Positions 12,741 through 24,660 of a stretch of 64,000 bases of DNA are shown here, piece after piece. Within the stretch, counting starts at the first letter, position 1, and every line of letters begins with the position of its first letter. The translations under genes and the position numbers were made by a program. This DNA is from Cetorhinus maximus. Taxonomy: Eukaryota. The notes under the pieces were generated by a model. It searched no databases, had not been told where the DNA came from, and saw only the letters and a program-made list of their open reading frames with translations. The DNA is taken from contig NC_135906.1 of assembly GCF_964194155.1 (NCBI RefSeq), positions 19,592,001 to 19,656,000 of the forward strand, in the 5' to 3' direction.

Positions 12741-14101
12741 CTGTAAAACACCACAGCCGTGATGGGATTTGACAAGCAACCTGAGACTTCCGAAATTCGG
12801 TGGTGCGCAGTTCCCAACACACACACTGTTCTCACCGTTCACAGACAGTCTCCTCAGTCAGATATATAGTGCTCAATGTTTACCACCATCATGCCAGCAA
12901 TTACAAAGGTGCCATTTAAACTGTATTAATAGCGTTGGCTATTTCGGGCAGTTTGGCGCTTGCCAACCTTTTAAAAGACAGCTTTTTTTAATGGCAGTGT
13001 CTAATTTACATCTCACTTTGTGACAGAAACAGGTCAATGTTCTAACCACAGAGACACCAACTGAAATCAATGGCACTGTATCACAACTTGATCCTGATCT
13101 GACATTAAACCACTCAGCAGACTGAATGAAGCTGCCCCAAATCTCCACTGGTTATTAAAACAGCACAAATGGCTAATGGAAACTTGGGACAGCTACAATC
13201 AGCTGTTACAGATGTGTGAGGCAGCTGGAGCCCTGCTTCCTGCAGTCATTCCATTTCCCTCCCCACTCCGACACCGAGACCCTCCTGTCACTGCTGTGGG
13301 CCCAAGAAGCAAATTGCCTGGATACCAAAAGCACCAACTATCGGCAGTGGTAACTGTACTTTGAACCTTACTCACTCCTTGAGGAGTGAAGAGAGCAGGA
13401 AAACATGAAGACTCAGAACGATCTCTCAACACAATCCGTTTAAATATGGCAAATAAGAGGTTATTATTTCCTTGCCTGATGGTGTTGGATCGCTGCACTG
13501 TACATTTCCATGGTAACTACAAGCCCTTTGTCCAAGTGACCATCCTTGAAAAATAGATGGTGAATGTGGATGGGCTACCCAAACAATGAGGGCATCACAG
13601 CTGAGCCAAATCTTCCCCTCACCCAATGCCCACATGTAACTTCCAGCAGACATGGCTAACAGTAGAAACCCTGGCAGATTTTTCCATCTCTCTAACACAA
13701 TGTACTCAGGCCTACAGCGTTACCCCAACATTCAAACAGCTCAACACCATAAAGGTGCCATTAAGAATCCCACTTGATTGGCACCCCAGCACCCAGCTGA
13801 AATATGCATTCCCTCCACCAATGGCGCACAGTGGCAGCTGTGTGGACCATAAACAAGAAGCACTTCAGCAACTCGCTATGGAAAGCACTTTCCAAACCCA
13901 CGACCTCTATCACCTCAAACGATAAGGGCAGCAGACGCACAGGTACACAACCTGCAAGTTGCCCTCCAAGTCACACAGCATCCTGACCTGGAACTATATC
14001 GCTGGAGTGGCGGGAGAGGCAACAGAATTGTCATATTTCAGTAATTACTGATCACGCAACGCCAACCAATAGGTGAAATTACACCTGCATCGAGCACTTA
14101 C

Positions 14102-14207
14102 CGATCACTGACAGCACCTGCTTAGTGTGTTTGGCATAAATATTATTGATCTGTCTTTTGATTTTGAGAATCTCCTCTGCCTGTATAGCGATGTCAGTGG
14201 CTTGGCC
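14102..14207 (-). CDS. CLPP: CLPP exon 6
   Basis: [35 protein letters not shown](E). Confidence 0.97.
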
Positions 14208-14696
14208 CTGTGAAGGAGGCATCAGAACCAGAGAAGGGGGGGGGAAAGAGCGAGAGAGTGTGGGGAGGGAAAGGGGAGAGAGGAGAGAGAAGAAAAACAC
14301 TTGTATTGTTTGGAATATTGCCACAATAAAACAACTTCCATTCACGTAACATCCCAAAGTGCTTCATCGAAGCTTAAATTAAAAGACGAACACAGTGCCA
14401 TATTAGGATGGGATGATAAGCTACCAATAAATGGTCTTTAAGGAGGGTCTGATCTCTGAAGAGCAAGGTGGACGGGTAGAGCAAAATCTAGAACGTGAGA
14501 CAGACACCAGAGACTGGGCAGAGGTGAGGGGAATGATGCACAAAAGACTTTAGTCAAGAATGGAGGGGGCTCTGGTGATTTGGCAACACATCACACAATG
14601 AATTCCTCCGAAATGCAACAAAGGTGAAGGCAAACTCTGGCAGCCATTTTGTACACAGCAAGATTCCACAAACTGCAATCCAATAGATAAACATTT

Positions 14697-14898
14697 GAAA
14701 TAAAAACAGAAAAGTGCTGGAAAAACTCAGCTGGTCTGGCAGCATCTGCAGGGAGAGAAACAGAATTAACATTTGAAGTCCAAAATGACACTTTTTCAGG
14801 ACTTGAAACGTTAACTCTGTTTTTCTCTCTCCACAGCCGCTTTTCCAGCACTTGCTGTTTTAATTTCAGATTCTCAGCGTCTGCAGTATTTTGCTTTG
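14697..14898. mobile_element. Palindromic Penelope-derived short element inserted in a SINE
   Basis: Same family arms. Confidence 0.7.
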
Positions 14899-15724
14899 AA
14901 ATAAACAGTTGATCTGTTTTTTTAGCGACAATGAAGGAACGTTGGCCAGAACACCGGAGTATGCCCTGTCCTCCTTTAAAAAGAGTGCCATGGGATTTTT
15001 TAAATCCCATCCGAACGACTGCTTCTCAGGCAATGTGGCACTCCCTCAGTACTGCACTGAAATGTAAGCCTGGATTATAAATCCAGAGCCCAGTAATGGA
15101 GCCCAAACCTTTTGGGCTGAGAGGATGGAGCTACCAGCATAGGCACAGGCAGCCCTGCTCACCACTGAGTGCTGGGCTAAGATGATACACTCCAGGGAGT
15201 GAAACCCAGTCTGGGGTTGACGACAGGGTGGGGGGATAAGGTGCAGTGGGGAGCATGCCACAATTTCCAGCCTTTGATACTTCACCAAATGTCCATTTGT
15301 CCTGGATTAGTCTGGAGTAAAAAGATTCAAGGGAAATCTTAAACGGTCTCTCCCAAAACGCTACTGACGCTGGGGCCACTTGAAAATGTCAATTGTTGGT
15401 TAAGGTAAATGGAAACAAGGCAGCTAAATGGAGTTAAGATGCAGGTCAGCCATGATCTAATTGAATGGTGGAACAGGATCAAAGGGCTGAAAGGCCTCCT
15501 CCTGTTCCTCTATTGGCATCACTTACCACTGAATCCAAACACTGTGGGTTTAAACCTCGCTCCTGGGCATAAACACAGATGGAGCTGGAATCTTTCAGAC
15601 GCATTAAAACCAAAACAACTTATTTCTTTCATCTAAGAATGGTACTTCCAAAGAAACGGGTGTAATATGAATTGAAGATCACACAACACAGAGCTGGGAA
15701 TAGGCTGCGGCTCTCAGTACTTAC

Positions 15725-15912
15725 AGATGCCCCTCCCGAGGGTTGGTGAATCATGATGCGTGCGTTGGGCAGGGAGTGCCTCATGCCCGGGCAGCCCGCA
15801 GCCAGAAGTAAGGAACCCATGCTGGCAGCCTGCCCTACGCACCAGGTGGAGATGGGGTTCAGGATGTACTGCATGGTGTCGTAAATAGCCAGGCCAGCAG
15901 TCACCACACCAC
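15725..15912 (-). CDS. CLPP: CLPP exon 5 (catalytic Ser and His)
   Basis: [62 protein letters not shown]. Confidence 0.98.
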
Positions 15913-16277
15913 CTACATGGGGATGGGGGGGGGCAAAAAGGAAACACAATCACTGAACAGTTCACAGACAACAACTGAAGGAGGTGGGGCAGTGACACAG
16001 TGGGGACAAGTACAGGCTTGTGTCCCACCCACTCCGACTATTCAACACACTCCACTTTTCCTGTATCTTCAATGCATTGACATCAAGCTTGCTCCTTTCC
16101 GCTTTCCTCCAGACTGGGGAACTCTTTCCCTTTCTCAGCCTCCCTTCCTGATTTGCTCCAGAACCTCCTGATATTACTCCCTGGCTTGCAATCCTATTGC
16201 CCTTGGGCCCCTCACCTACTCCTTTCTCAATAAAGCCAAATGCATTAGCAGGGACTACAACACCTCACGATAAGGAG

Positions 16278-16685
16278 AAAGACTTGCATTTATATAGCAC
16301 CTTTCACAACTGCAGGACGTCCCAACACTTTACAGCCAACAAAACCCTTTTGAAGTGCAGTCACTATTGCAATGCAGGAAAATTTTCACACAGCGAGACC
16401 CCACAAACGGCAGTGTGATAATGAGCAGATAACCCATTTTGGTGACGTTGGCTGAAGGATAAATATTGGTCAGGACACCAGGGATAACTCAGCTCTTCCT
16501 TGAAATTGCACCGTGGGAGCTTTTACATCCACCTGAGAAAGCAGACGGGGTTTAATGTCTCATCCAAAAGACGGCACTTCCTCCATTCAGCATTCTCCCA
16601 GCCTGGACATTGTGTTCAAGTCTCTGGAGCGAAACTTCAACCTTCTGATTCAGACAGGCGAGCGCTAGACACTCAGCCACAGCTG
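16278..16685 (-). mobile_element. Deu-domain SINE (SacSINE1/AmnSINE-like)
   Basis: GCATTTATATAGCACCTTTCAC...GAAGTGCAGTCACT core; related copies near 8310, 12150, 30720, 46830, 49030, 56240. Confidence 0.7.
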
Positions 16686-17016
16686 ACGCCAAACCTGGCT
16701 CCAAGCGCAAGTGATTATCCCGCACGTTATTTCGAAGCTCAGGGAGCAGCTCCGGCAACTGTCGAGAAATATAAAGCTGCAAACTCATTCAGCGGCAGTG
16801 GACCTATCACAGACCTGTGAAATACGGTTAGAATCACTGGCTCCACTTCTCCCTGGCTGGTGACACGAGTTGGGAATGTAAAAGAAGGCAGGCAGTGACA
16901 GGACTGAGATCCCAGCAAAACTGCCCCCAGGAGTCTTGAAAGCACCCCCACCCCGGTCATATTTCAGGAGCACCAGAACCTGACACAGAGACAGGGGCAC
17001 ACAAAAGCCAGCTCAC

Positions 17017-17113
17017 CTGGGCTGTTGATGTACATGTGGATTGGCTTCTTGTTGCTCTCTGACTGAAGGAACAAGAGCTGAGCAATCACCAGACTGGCGA
17101 CGGTATCATCTAT
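17017..17113 (-). CDS. CLPP: CLPP exon 4
   Basis: [32 protein letters not shown](G). Confidence 0.97.
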
Positions 17114-17142
17114 CTGAGAAAAACACAGAATTATTAAACTCA

Positions 17143-17262
<120 letters not shown>

Positions 17263-17325
17263 CTAAACAGGAAAGACAACAATAAAAACTGAATGTTCAC
17301 AGGCTGGACATTTTATTGGATTTGA

Positions 17326-17920
17326 GGGAGGGAGAGGGGGAAGGAGGGAGAGGGAGAGGGTGGGAGAAATGGAGGGTGGGAGAGGGGGAAGGCGGGAGAA
17401 ATGGAGGGTGGGAGAGGGGGAAGGCGGGAGAAATGGAGGGTGGGAGAGGGGGAAGGCGGGTGGGAGGGAGGGAGAGGGGGAAGGCGGGAGGGAGAGGGGG
17501 AAGGCGGGAGGGAGAGGGGGAAGGCGGGAGGGAGAGGGGGAAGGCGGGAGGGAGAGAGGGGGAAGGCGGGAGGGAGAGGGGGAAGGCGGGAGGGAGAGGG
17601 GGAAGGCGGGAGGNNNNNNNNNNNNNNNNNNNNNNNNNNNNNNNNNNNNNNNNNNNNNNNNNNNNNNNNNNNNNNNNNNNNNNNNNNNNNNNNNNNNNNN
17701 NNNNNNNNNNNNNNNNNNNNNNNNNNNNNNNNNNNNNNNNNNNNNNNNNNNNNGGAGGGGTAAAGGGGGGGAAGGTGGGGAGAGGGGGGGAAGGTGAGGG
17801 GAGGACGGGGAGAGGGAAGGGGAGGTGAGGTAGAGACGGAAGGTGGCAGAGAGGGAAGGTGGGGGGAATGAGAGAGGGAGGGAAGGAGGGAGGGAGGGAA
17901 AGAGGGAAGTGGGAGGGAAG
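17326..17920 (+). repeat. Purine-rich minisatellite (about 20-nt GGGAGAGGGGGAAGGCGGGA) spanning an assembly gap
   Basis: Tandem units visible; N run 17614-17753 (140 nt). Confidence 0.9.
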
Positions 17921-18006
17921 CCCAGGATGTGTTACCACTGATTCCAGCACTGGAGACTATGTTTTATGTGAATAACAAGAAACCACTGTCCCATTGAAGC
18001 ACTTAC

Positions 18007-18108
18007 TGTCTGTTCAATGACTATGGGAATTAACGGGTGGCTACAGTTTGATGTCTGATGAATCTTCCTGCATCCTGTTATCAGCTGTCCGGAATGACGG
18101 GCTATTGT
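18007..18108 (-). CDS. CLPP: CLPP exon 2
   Basis: TIARHSGQLITGCRKIHQTSNCSHPLIPIVIEQT; PLIPIVxEQT is the ClpP mature N-terminus. Confidence 0.93.
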
Positions 18109-19388
18109 CTAAATAATAAGTAGATAGAAAGAAATGGTGATAAATATTGAAATACATATTAAAAAGGTGTTGAACATGAGCACTTACTGATTCAGAACCA
18201 CTGAACTTTGCGCAACATGTTTATTCCTTCTTCTCACCCTGAGTTATGACACAGTCACCATACCATACCTGGAGTTTGCTTTGTGCCTGAACCACTAATG
18301 ATCAATATCACTGCAAAGATCACAGCCAAGAGCAATCATCAAATCTTACAGCACAGAATGAGGCCATTCGGCCTCCTGTAATTGTACCTGCTCTTTGATA
18401 GAGTTACCCAACTAGTCCCATTCCCCACTCTGCCCCACCGTCATGTTGGCCTTACACTCACAAACCAGGGGCTCCAATTTCAACATCCCACCCTCTGCCC
18501 TAGTTAAACTCAAACTGTGATCTTCCTGGTCTCTATAGATTAGTGCCACACCAGGCAGTGTCTAATTCATGAACTTTGTATCTAAACATGTATATAGTTC
18601 ATTTGTAAATCCTTAACTGATACCATCCTGTTGGAATATTTAATGTTTCTTACATTACAACAGTAACTACACCTATTACAACAGTTACATTTAACAGTAA
18701 TGTTTAACATTTAACAGTAATGTTTAACGTTTCCTACATTACAACACTTCACAAGTATTACATTGGTTGTAAAACAATTTGGGATGTTCTGAGGTCATGG
18801 AAGGTGCTATACAAATGCAATTTCTCGCTTTATAATGAAGAATTGAATAGCACAGTGGGCTAGACACTGGCCTTTTGCCTCTGACACTTGGGAACTGGCT
18901 TCAAATCCAGTCCAGACTGGCAGATGAAGGTCCAATGATCTGACATGAATTTGAGCAGCTTCAATCCCGTTCCCACTGGGCTTAGGCCTGTCATCCAGAG
19001 CTGTGCCTAATTTGGCATAAACTGGCAATCCTTCTGAGAAAGGCCATTGAACGGAGAGGTAAATGGAAACATCCCATGGGTGAAACAGGAGGTGGTGGTC
19101 GTGAGCTATACGGAGGGGAAGGAACTTGGCCCTCTTTTTGCCTGGCTATATCTGACCTGGGAGTGCTTGATGCTGAAACAGGCCTTCTGAAATATTAGCA
19201 CTTTCTATGTAACTGTTTTAAATTTAACATTGTTTTAAATGTGTCCTATAGTGGAGGAAATTCACTGCACAAAGCGAGTGACAGTCCAAACCTCTGCACA
19301 CAAGTGACAGCATTCTCAACGTAACAGAGAGGATCCAACTTACCGCCAGCCACTCCACAGGAAACAGTGGCACAGTTAGTAAACATGC

Positions 19389-19944
19389 TGAGAAAAGCAT
19401 GAAGAGATAGGAGCAGGAGTTGACCATGCAGTCCCTCACACCTGCTCCGCCATTCATCACGATCATGGCTGATCTTCCACTGCAACTCCACTTTCCTGTC
19501 CACTCTTCATATCCCCCAGAAATCTATCCATCTTAGTCTTGAATATATTCAACGATGGAGCATCCACAACAACCCCCTGGGTTCGATCATTCCAAAGATT
19601 CACAACCCTCTGAGTGAAGAAATTTCTCCTCATCTCAGTCCTCAACGAACAGCCCCTTATTCTGAGATTGTGCACCTGTGTTTCTGATTCCCCACCCAGG
19701 GGAGCATCTCTCTGTACCTACCCTGTCAGAATTTTGTTTGTTTCAATGAGATCCCCTCTCATTCTTCCCAAGTGCAGAGAAAAAAGACCCAATTTACTCA
19801 GCATCTCATCATAGGACAACCATATCAACCCAGGGATCAATCTAGTGAACCTTCTCTGTACTGCCTCCAATGCCAGTATGTAAATAAGGAGACTAAAACT
19901 GCACACGGTATTCCAGCTGTGGAATTGGCAAAACCCAAAACAAT
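19389..19944 (-). mobile_element. CR1 LINE 3' fragment (continues at 23370-23650 after the hAT insertion)
   Basis: RT C-terminal remnants LEAVQRRFTRLIPG, RMRGDLIE, RRNFFTQRVVNLWN. Confidence 0.85.
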
Positions 19945-20021
19945 TAGTGGCGAATTTACTGTGAAACAAACCATGCAGTGGCAAATGACAGGGGCCCTGA
20001 AAATGAGCCACTCAGTGATAT

Positions 20022-20239
20022 AAAAGCAAAATACTGCAGATGCTGGAAATCTGAAACAAAAATAAAAACAAAAATAACTGGAAAAACTCAGCAGGTCTGA
20101 CAGCATCTGTGGAGAGGAAGACAGAGTTAACGTTTCGAGTCTGTATGATTCTCCATCAGACTGGAAACATTAACTCTGTGTTCCTCTCCACAGATGCTGT
20201 CAGACCTGCTGAGTTTTCCCAGCTACTTTTGTTTTTGTT
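20022..20239. mobile_element. Palindromic Penelope-derived short element with 14-bp TSD
   Basis: Inverted arms; TSD CCACTCAGTGATAT at 20008-20021 and 20240-20253. Confidence 0.8.
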
Positions 20240-20730
20240 CCACTCAGTGATATGTTGACGCGCCCTCACAGTTTGTCCAGATAACACCAGCAGGACATAT
20301 CACACGCAGGACTGATGCTGCTATTTAATTGAACCCTCAACCCTGATGTTGTTTTGTGAGTCTGTAAATATGTAATCAATAAAGATGCTGCTGGACGCTG
20401 AAATGGCTAACCCTTTCCACTTCACTTCCTTAAGCCCTGTCTGTGGACTGGAGATTAACAATCAATTATTTAAAGGATTCCAATGCAATATTCGCGTCTG
20501 GAACGATATTGCTTGTATGAGTGTCAGGCATGATATAATTTAGAAACGAAAGAACAGGTATCCGTGTCTACGGCAGTATCTGCATTATTTGGTGCCTTAC
20601 TTTCACACTTGTTTAAAGATAGTACAATAATTCTTCTCTTGTCATGACTGATGTTGGTGAAGGTACAAATACACATTAAATTAATATCCCTATTAAGTCA
20701 ATCTAAACGTAGAGTGGGATACAGATGTCT

Positions 20731-21415
20731 ACACTATGGACAGACCCATGTATGTGGGAACACACTATGGACAGACCCATGTATGTGGGAACACACTATG
20801 GACAGACCCATGTATGTGGGAACACACTATGGACAGACCCATGTATGTGGGAACACACTATGGACAGACCCATGTACGTGGGAACACACTATGGACAGAC
20901 CCATGTACGTGGGAACACACTATGGACAGACCCATGTACGTGGGAACACACTATGGACAGACCCATGTACGTGGGAACACACTATGGACAGACCCATGTA
21001 CGTGGGAACACACTATGGACAGACCCATGTACGTGGGAACACACTATGGACAGACCCATGTACGTGGGAACACACTATGGACAGACCCATGTACGTGGGA
21101 ACACACTATGGACAGACCCATGTACGTGGGAACACACTATGGACAGACCCATGTACGTGGGAACACACTATGGACAGACCCATGTACGTGGGAACACACT
21201 ATGGACAGACCCATGTACGTGGGAACACACTATGGACAGACCCATGTACGTGGGAACACACTATGGACAGACCCATGTACGTGGGAATACACTATGGACA
21301 GACCCATGTACGTGGGAACGCACTATGGACAGATCCATGTACGTGGGAACACACTATGGACAGACCCATGTACGTGGGAACACACTATGGACAGACCCAT
21401 GTATGTGGGAACACA
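20731..21415 (+). repeat. 31-bp minisatellite, 22 copies (ACACTATGGACAGACCCATGTAYGTGGGAAC)
   Basis: Exact period of 31; no spacers. Confidence 0.98.
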
Positions 21416-21896
21416 TATTCCAGCACATGCCATTTATTCATATTTCTTACTGCCAAATCTTTCCTAGGTATTTTCTCTTAAGTGAAATGCACACTTAAAC
21501 TAAATCTCGAACCTTTGCAAGTCTGCAAATTCTCCATATAAAAGGTGCATCTATTATTTACCAGATACGTACAAACCAAATAAATTACACATGCAGACAT
21601 CCCTCCATGCCATACAGGTATGACACAGGAATGTTGGGGTATCTGTAAACGTGATAGTACTATTGATTAGCACCATCAAACGGAGTTGCCATTTTAGAAG
21701 ATTTTACAGCATTAGAAATGACCTGTTTTTCAGGGTTGTGAGGGGGAGGGGGGTGAGGGGAGGTGGTAAATATCATGTGTAAAATGTAGGATTGCTGCAG
21801 TAGAGGAGTGGGGTGTTGGAGAGGGGATGAGAGAGAGGGAAACTAAAGCTGGTTTTGTGCAGTTTGAACTGAGGCAATATTGGTCACACTGCAGCT

Positions 21897-22258
21897 CAGC
21901 TAGAATACCGTGTGCAGTTTTAATCTCCATATTTACATATGCATTTACATATTTGCTTTGGAGGCAGTTTACTAGATTGATCCCTGGGTTGATACGGTTG
22001 TCCTATGATGAGATGCTGAGTAAATTGGGTCCTTTTCCTCTGCACTTGAAAAGAATGAGAGGAGATCTCATTGAAACAAACAAAATTCTGACAGGGTAGG
22101 CAGAGAGAGATGCTCCCCTGGGTGGGGAATCAAAAACACAGGTGCACAATCTCAGAATAAGGGGCTGTTCGTTGAGGACTGAGATGAGGAGAAATTTCTT
22201 CACTCAGAGGGTTGTGAATCTCTGGAATGATCTACCCCAGAGGGTGGTTGTGGATGCT
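21897..22258 (+). repeat. Inverted copy of the CR1 segment 19558-19919
   Basis: Near-identical reverse complement with shared deletions. Confidence 0.9.
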
Positions 22259-23811
22259 ACTGGAAAGACACATGCCGCTCACAAATGTGATCAAAAGCCT
22301 GTAATCCCAAATCACCTCGGCTGAACTTTCCACAAGACTGCACACACTGTTGAACGTGGTAGCCACTCGTCCGAATCCCCTCACCACTACAGCCTACACA
22401 GGCATTAGTTGTTTGATTTGCAATAAATTAGAAAAGTGAAAGGCGCAAGGACCAATTTACACTGGGAGGCCACTTGAATAAATAAATCGTGTTAATTATT
22501 TGTAAGACTAAACTGGCTCAGGACATTGTGCAAATAGATCGTGGGAGAGGTGGTTAGATTATAATGTCATTGCTGATCATACTCAAAGAATTAATAATTT
22601 ACAGAGCAAGATGTACGGTCTAACAACTTTACTACTTAAATACTCGCCAATGTTATGTACCCGACTGTGTACTTCTTTACCACGTGGTGTTTTTGTGCAG
22701 TTACGAATTGTGGGGGCGGGAGCTCGCACTGAATACTTAAGATTGTTTCAAAAATTGAAATAAATTTTGGATAGGAATTCAGGTATTGTATTAAAAGTAT
22801 ATTTTAAAAGGTAACAGCATGTGTGTAATATAAGCCTCAACTGGGTGCTGATAACGATTAGGAACCATATCATAACAGCTACTTGTAAGTGTTAACACTT
22901 GATAGTTTTATATTGTCACTTCAACAGTAATAATACAATATTGTCATATGATCGCAATGTTATTAACATCGGACATCATAAATCTGAATATGGAGGAAAC
23001 CAGATTCAATAGAACATTTCTTATGGTAAAAACGGATGTATTTCTAGCAAATTGCAGGCACAAAGGAGGCAGGGGGAATTGTGGTTTAAATTAAACTGTA
23101 ATAAAATTATTAAACATCAGCACCTAACCTCATCTCTTAAACCAGAATGGAAAAGCCACATGAACTTGTTAAAATCCGATCTAGGAGGATTCCATAATTT
23201 CCCTTTGTTATAGCAGCAAGGTGAAACTAAGATCTTTTTAATAAATGAAACGGAGCAATGCCTGTAAGTGTGGAATGTCAAGGTATAAGAGGATGGTAAA
23301 GGGGAAAGGACAGGGGGCCCTGAAAATGAAGCTGCACACAGGGCCCCACTAGCTCTAAATCCTCCACTGCATACAACTGTAGCAAGACTTCTTTAGCCCT
23401 GTACACCAATCCCCTTGCAATAAAGTCCAACATATCATTCGCCTTCCTAATTGCTTGCTGTACCTGCATGCTAACATTCTGCGTTCTTTGTACAAGTGCG
23501 CCCAGTCTCTCTGAACATAAACATGTAAAGTTTCTCGCCTTTCAAAAAACATTCAGCTTTTCTATTCTCATGACCAAAGTGAAGAACCTCACACTTCCCC
23601 ACATTATACTCCATCTGGAACCCTATTGCCCGTCACCTATCTCTTTGCAGCCTTTGTATATATTTTATATTATAATATATTACACTGGATGTTCTGTTGA
23701 TTGTTGAGGGGGCTGGGAATGATCGTTGGGCATAATGAGACAAGCCCAGGTAACACAGGGATGCAGCAGACCAGAGAAGCAAGTATCAAGAGGCTTAACA
23801 ACCCTGGTTTT

Positions 23812-24418
23812 ACAGAATCACAGAATTGTTACAGTGCAGGTGGCCGCCAATTGGCCCATTGTGTCTGCACCAGCTCTCTGAATGAACAACTCACCTGGAA
23901 CCATTCTCCCACCTTCTCCCCGTAACCCTGGACATTCTTCCTTTTCAGATAACAGTCTAATTCCCTTTTGAATGCTTCAATTGAACCTGCCTCCACCACA
24001 ATCTGAGGCAGCGCATTCCAGACCCTAACCACTCACTGTGTGAAAGATTTATTCCTCATATCGCTTTTTCTTCTTATACCAATTACTTATACATCTGTGC
24101 CCTCTCGTCCTCGATCCTTTCACGAGTGGCAACAATTTCTCCTTATCTACTCTGTCCAGGCCCCTCGTGATTTCGAATACCTCTATCAAATTTCCTCTCA
24201 GCCTTCTTTTCTCTAAGGAAAACAGTCCCAACTTCTCCAATCTATCCTCACAGCTGAAATTCCTCATCCATGGAACCATTCTCGTGAATATTTTCCACAC
24301 TCTCTCCAATACCTTCACATCCTTCCTACTCAATACACCAACTGAGGGCAAACTAGTGTCTTATACAAGTTCAATGTAACCTCCTTGCTCTTGTACTCTA
24401 TGCCCCTATTAATAAAGC
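23812..24418 (-). mobile_element. CR1 LINE 3' fragment
   Basis: RLEKLGLFSLEKRRLRGNLIEVF, VRVWNALP. Confidence 0.88.
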
Positions 24419-24526
24419 AGGTTTATTTTAAGCTTTGGGCTTTTTTGAAAGGTTTGCATTTGGTGTAATCAGTTCCCCCTCCCTTGCCCCCTCTCCCCTG
24501 CCCCCTCTCCCTTTACTCTCACTTAC

Positions 24527-24547
24527 CCTCAGCTTCTGGAGCAGCAT
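24527..24547 (-). CDS. CLPP: CLPP exon 1 (MLLQKLR, start of mitochondrial presequence)
   Basis: ATG in the CpG-rich patch, GTAAGT donor, phase 0 joins exon 2; resembles the short basic first exon of fish clpp. Confidence 0.75.
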
Positions 24548-24660
24548 CTTGTCTCCTGCTGACCTTCGACCCGGATGTCCCCATAAACCGGAAGCGGCTT
24601 CACCATGGCAACGTGGCCTAGTGCGAAGCCGCGGCAACATCAGCCTCCCCAAAGGTGAGC
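24548..24660. promoter_or_regulatory. Compact bidirectional promoter CLPP / G-gamma gene
   Basis: CpG-rich; ETS-type CCGGATGT 24571 and CCGGAAG 24588; RFX X-box-like TTCACCATGGCAAC 24599-24612; plus-strand donor AG|GTGAGC at 24654/24655. Confidence 0.6.

Larger units (their letters stand above)
19945..23369 (-). mobile_element. Fossil hAT (Tip100/Zaphod-like) DNA transposon with decayed transposase
   Basis: Imperfect TIRs TAGTGGCGAATTTA / TAAATCCTCCACTG, subterminal GGGGCCCTGAAAATGA at both ends, splits a CR1 fragment; minus-strand remnants GPCAFHFSNL (CxxH motif, about 22440) and NIVPDANIAL...LQST (dimerisation-domain-like, about 20440-20520). Confidence 0.65.

Noticed and set aside
17297-17950. 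Long ORFs across the N gap
   Set aside because: Purine-rich minisatellite plus unknown bases
20651-21498. Three long overlapping ORFs (243-276 aa), or a CRISPR-like array
   Set aside because: Artefact of a stop-free 31-bp tandem unit: all three frames give the same 31-aa repeat; no unique spacers, no cas genes, eukaryotic intron
22258-22393. Apparent minus-strand exon CSGEGIRTSGYHVQQCVQSC...SFQ* that could splice to the 24527 donor
   Set aside because: Lies inside the fossil hAT; another frame continues the transposase CxxH region; weak acceptor
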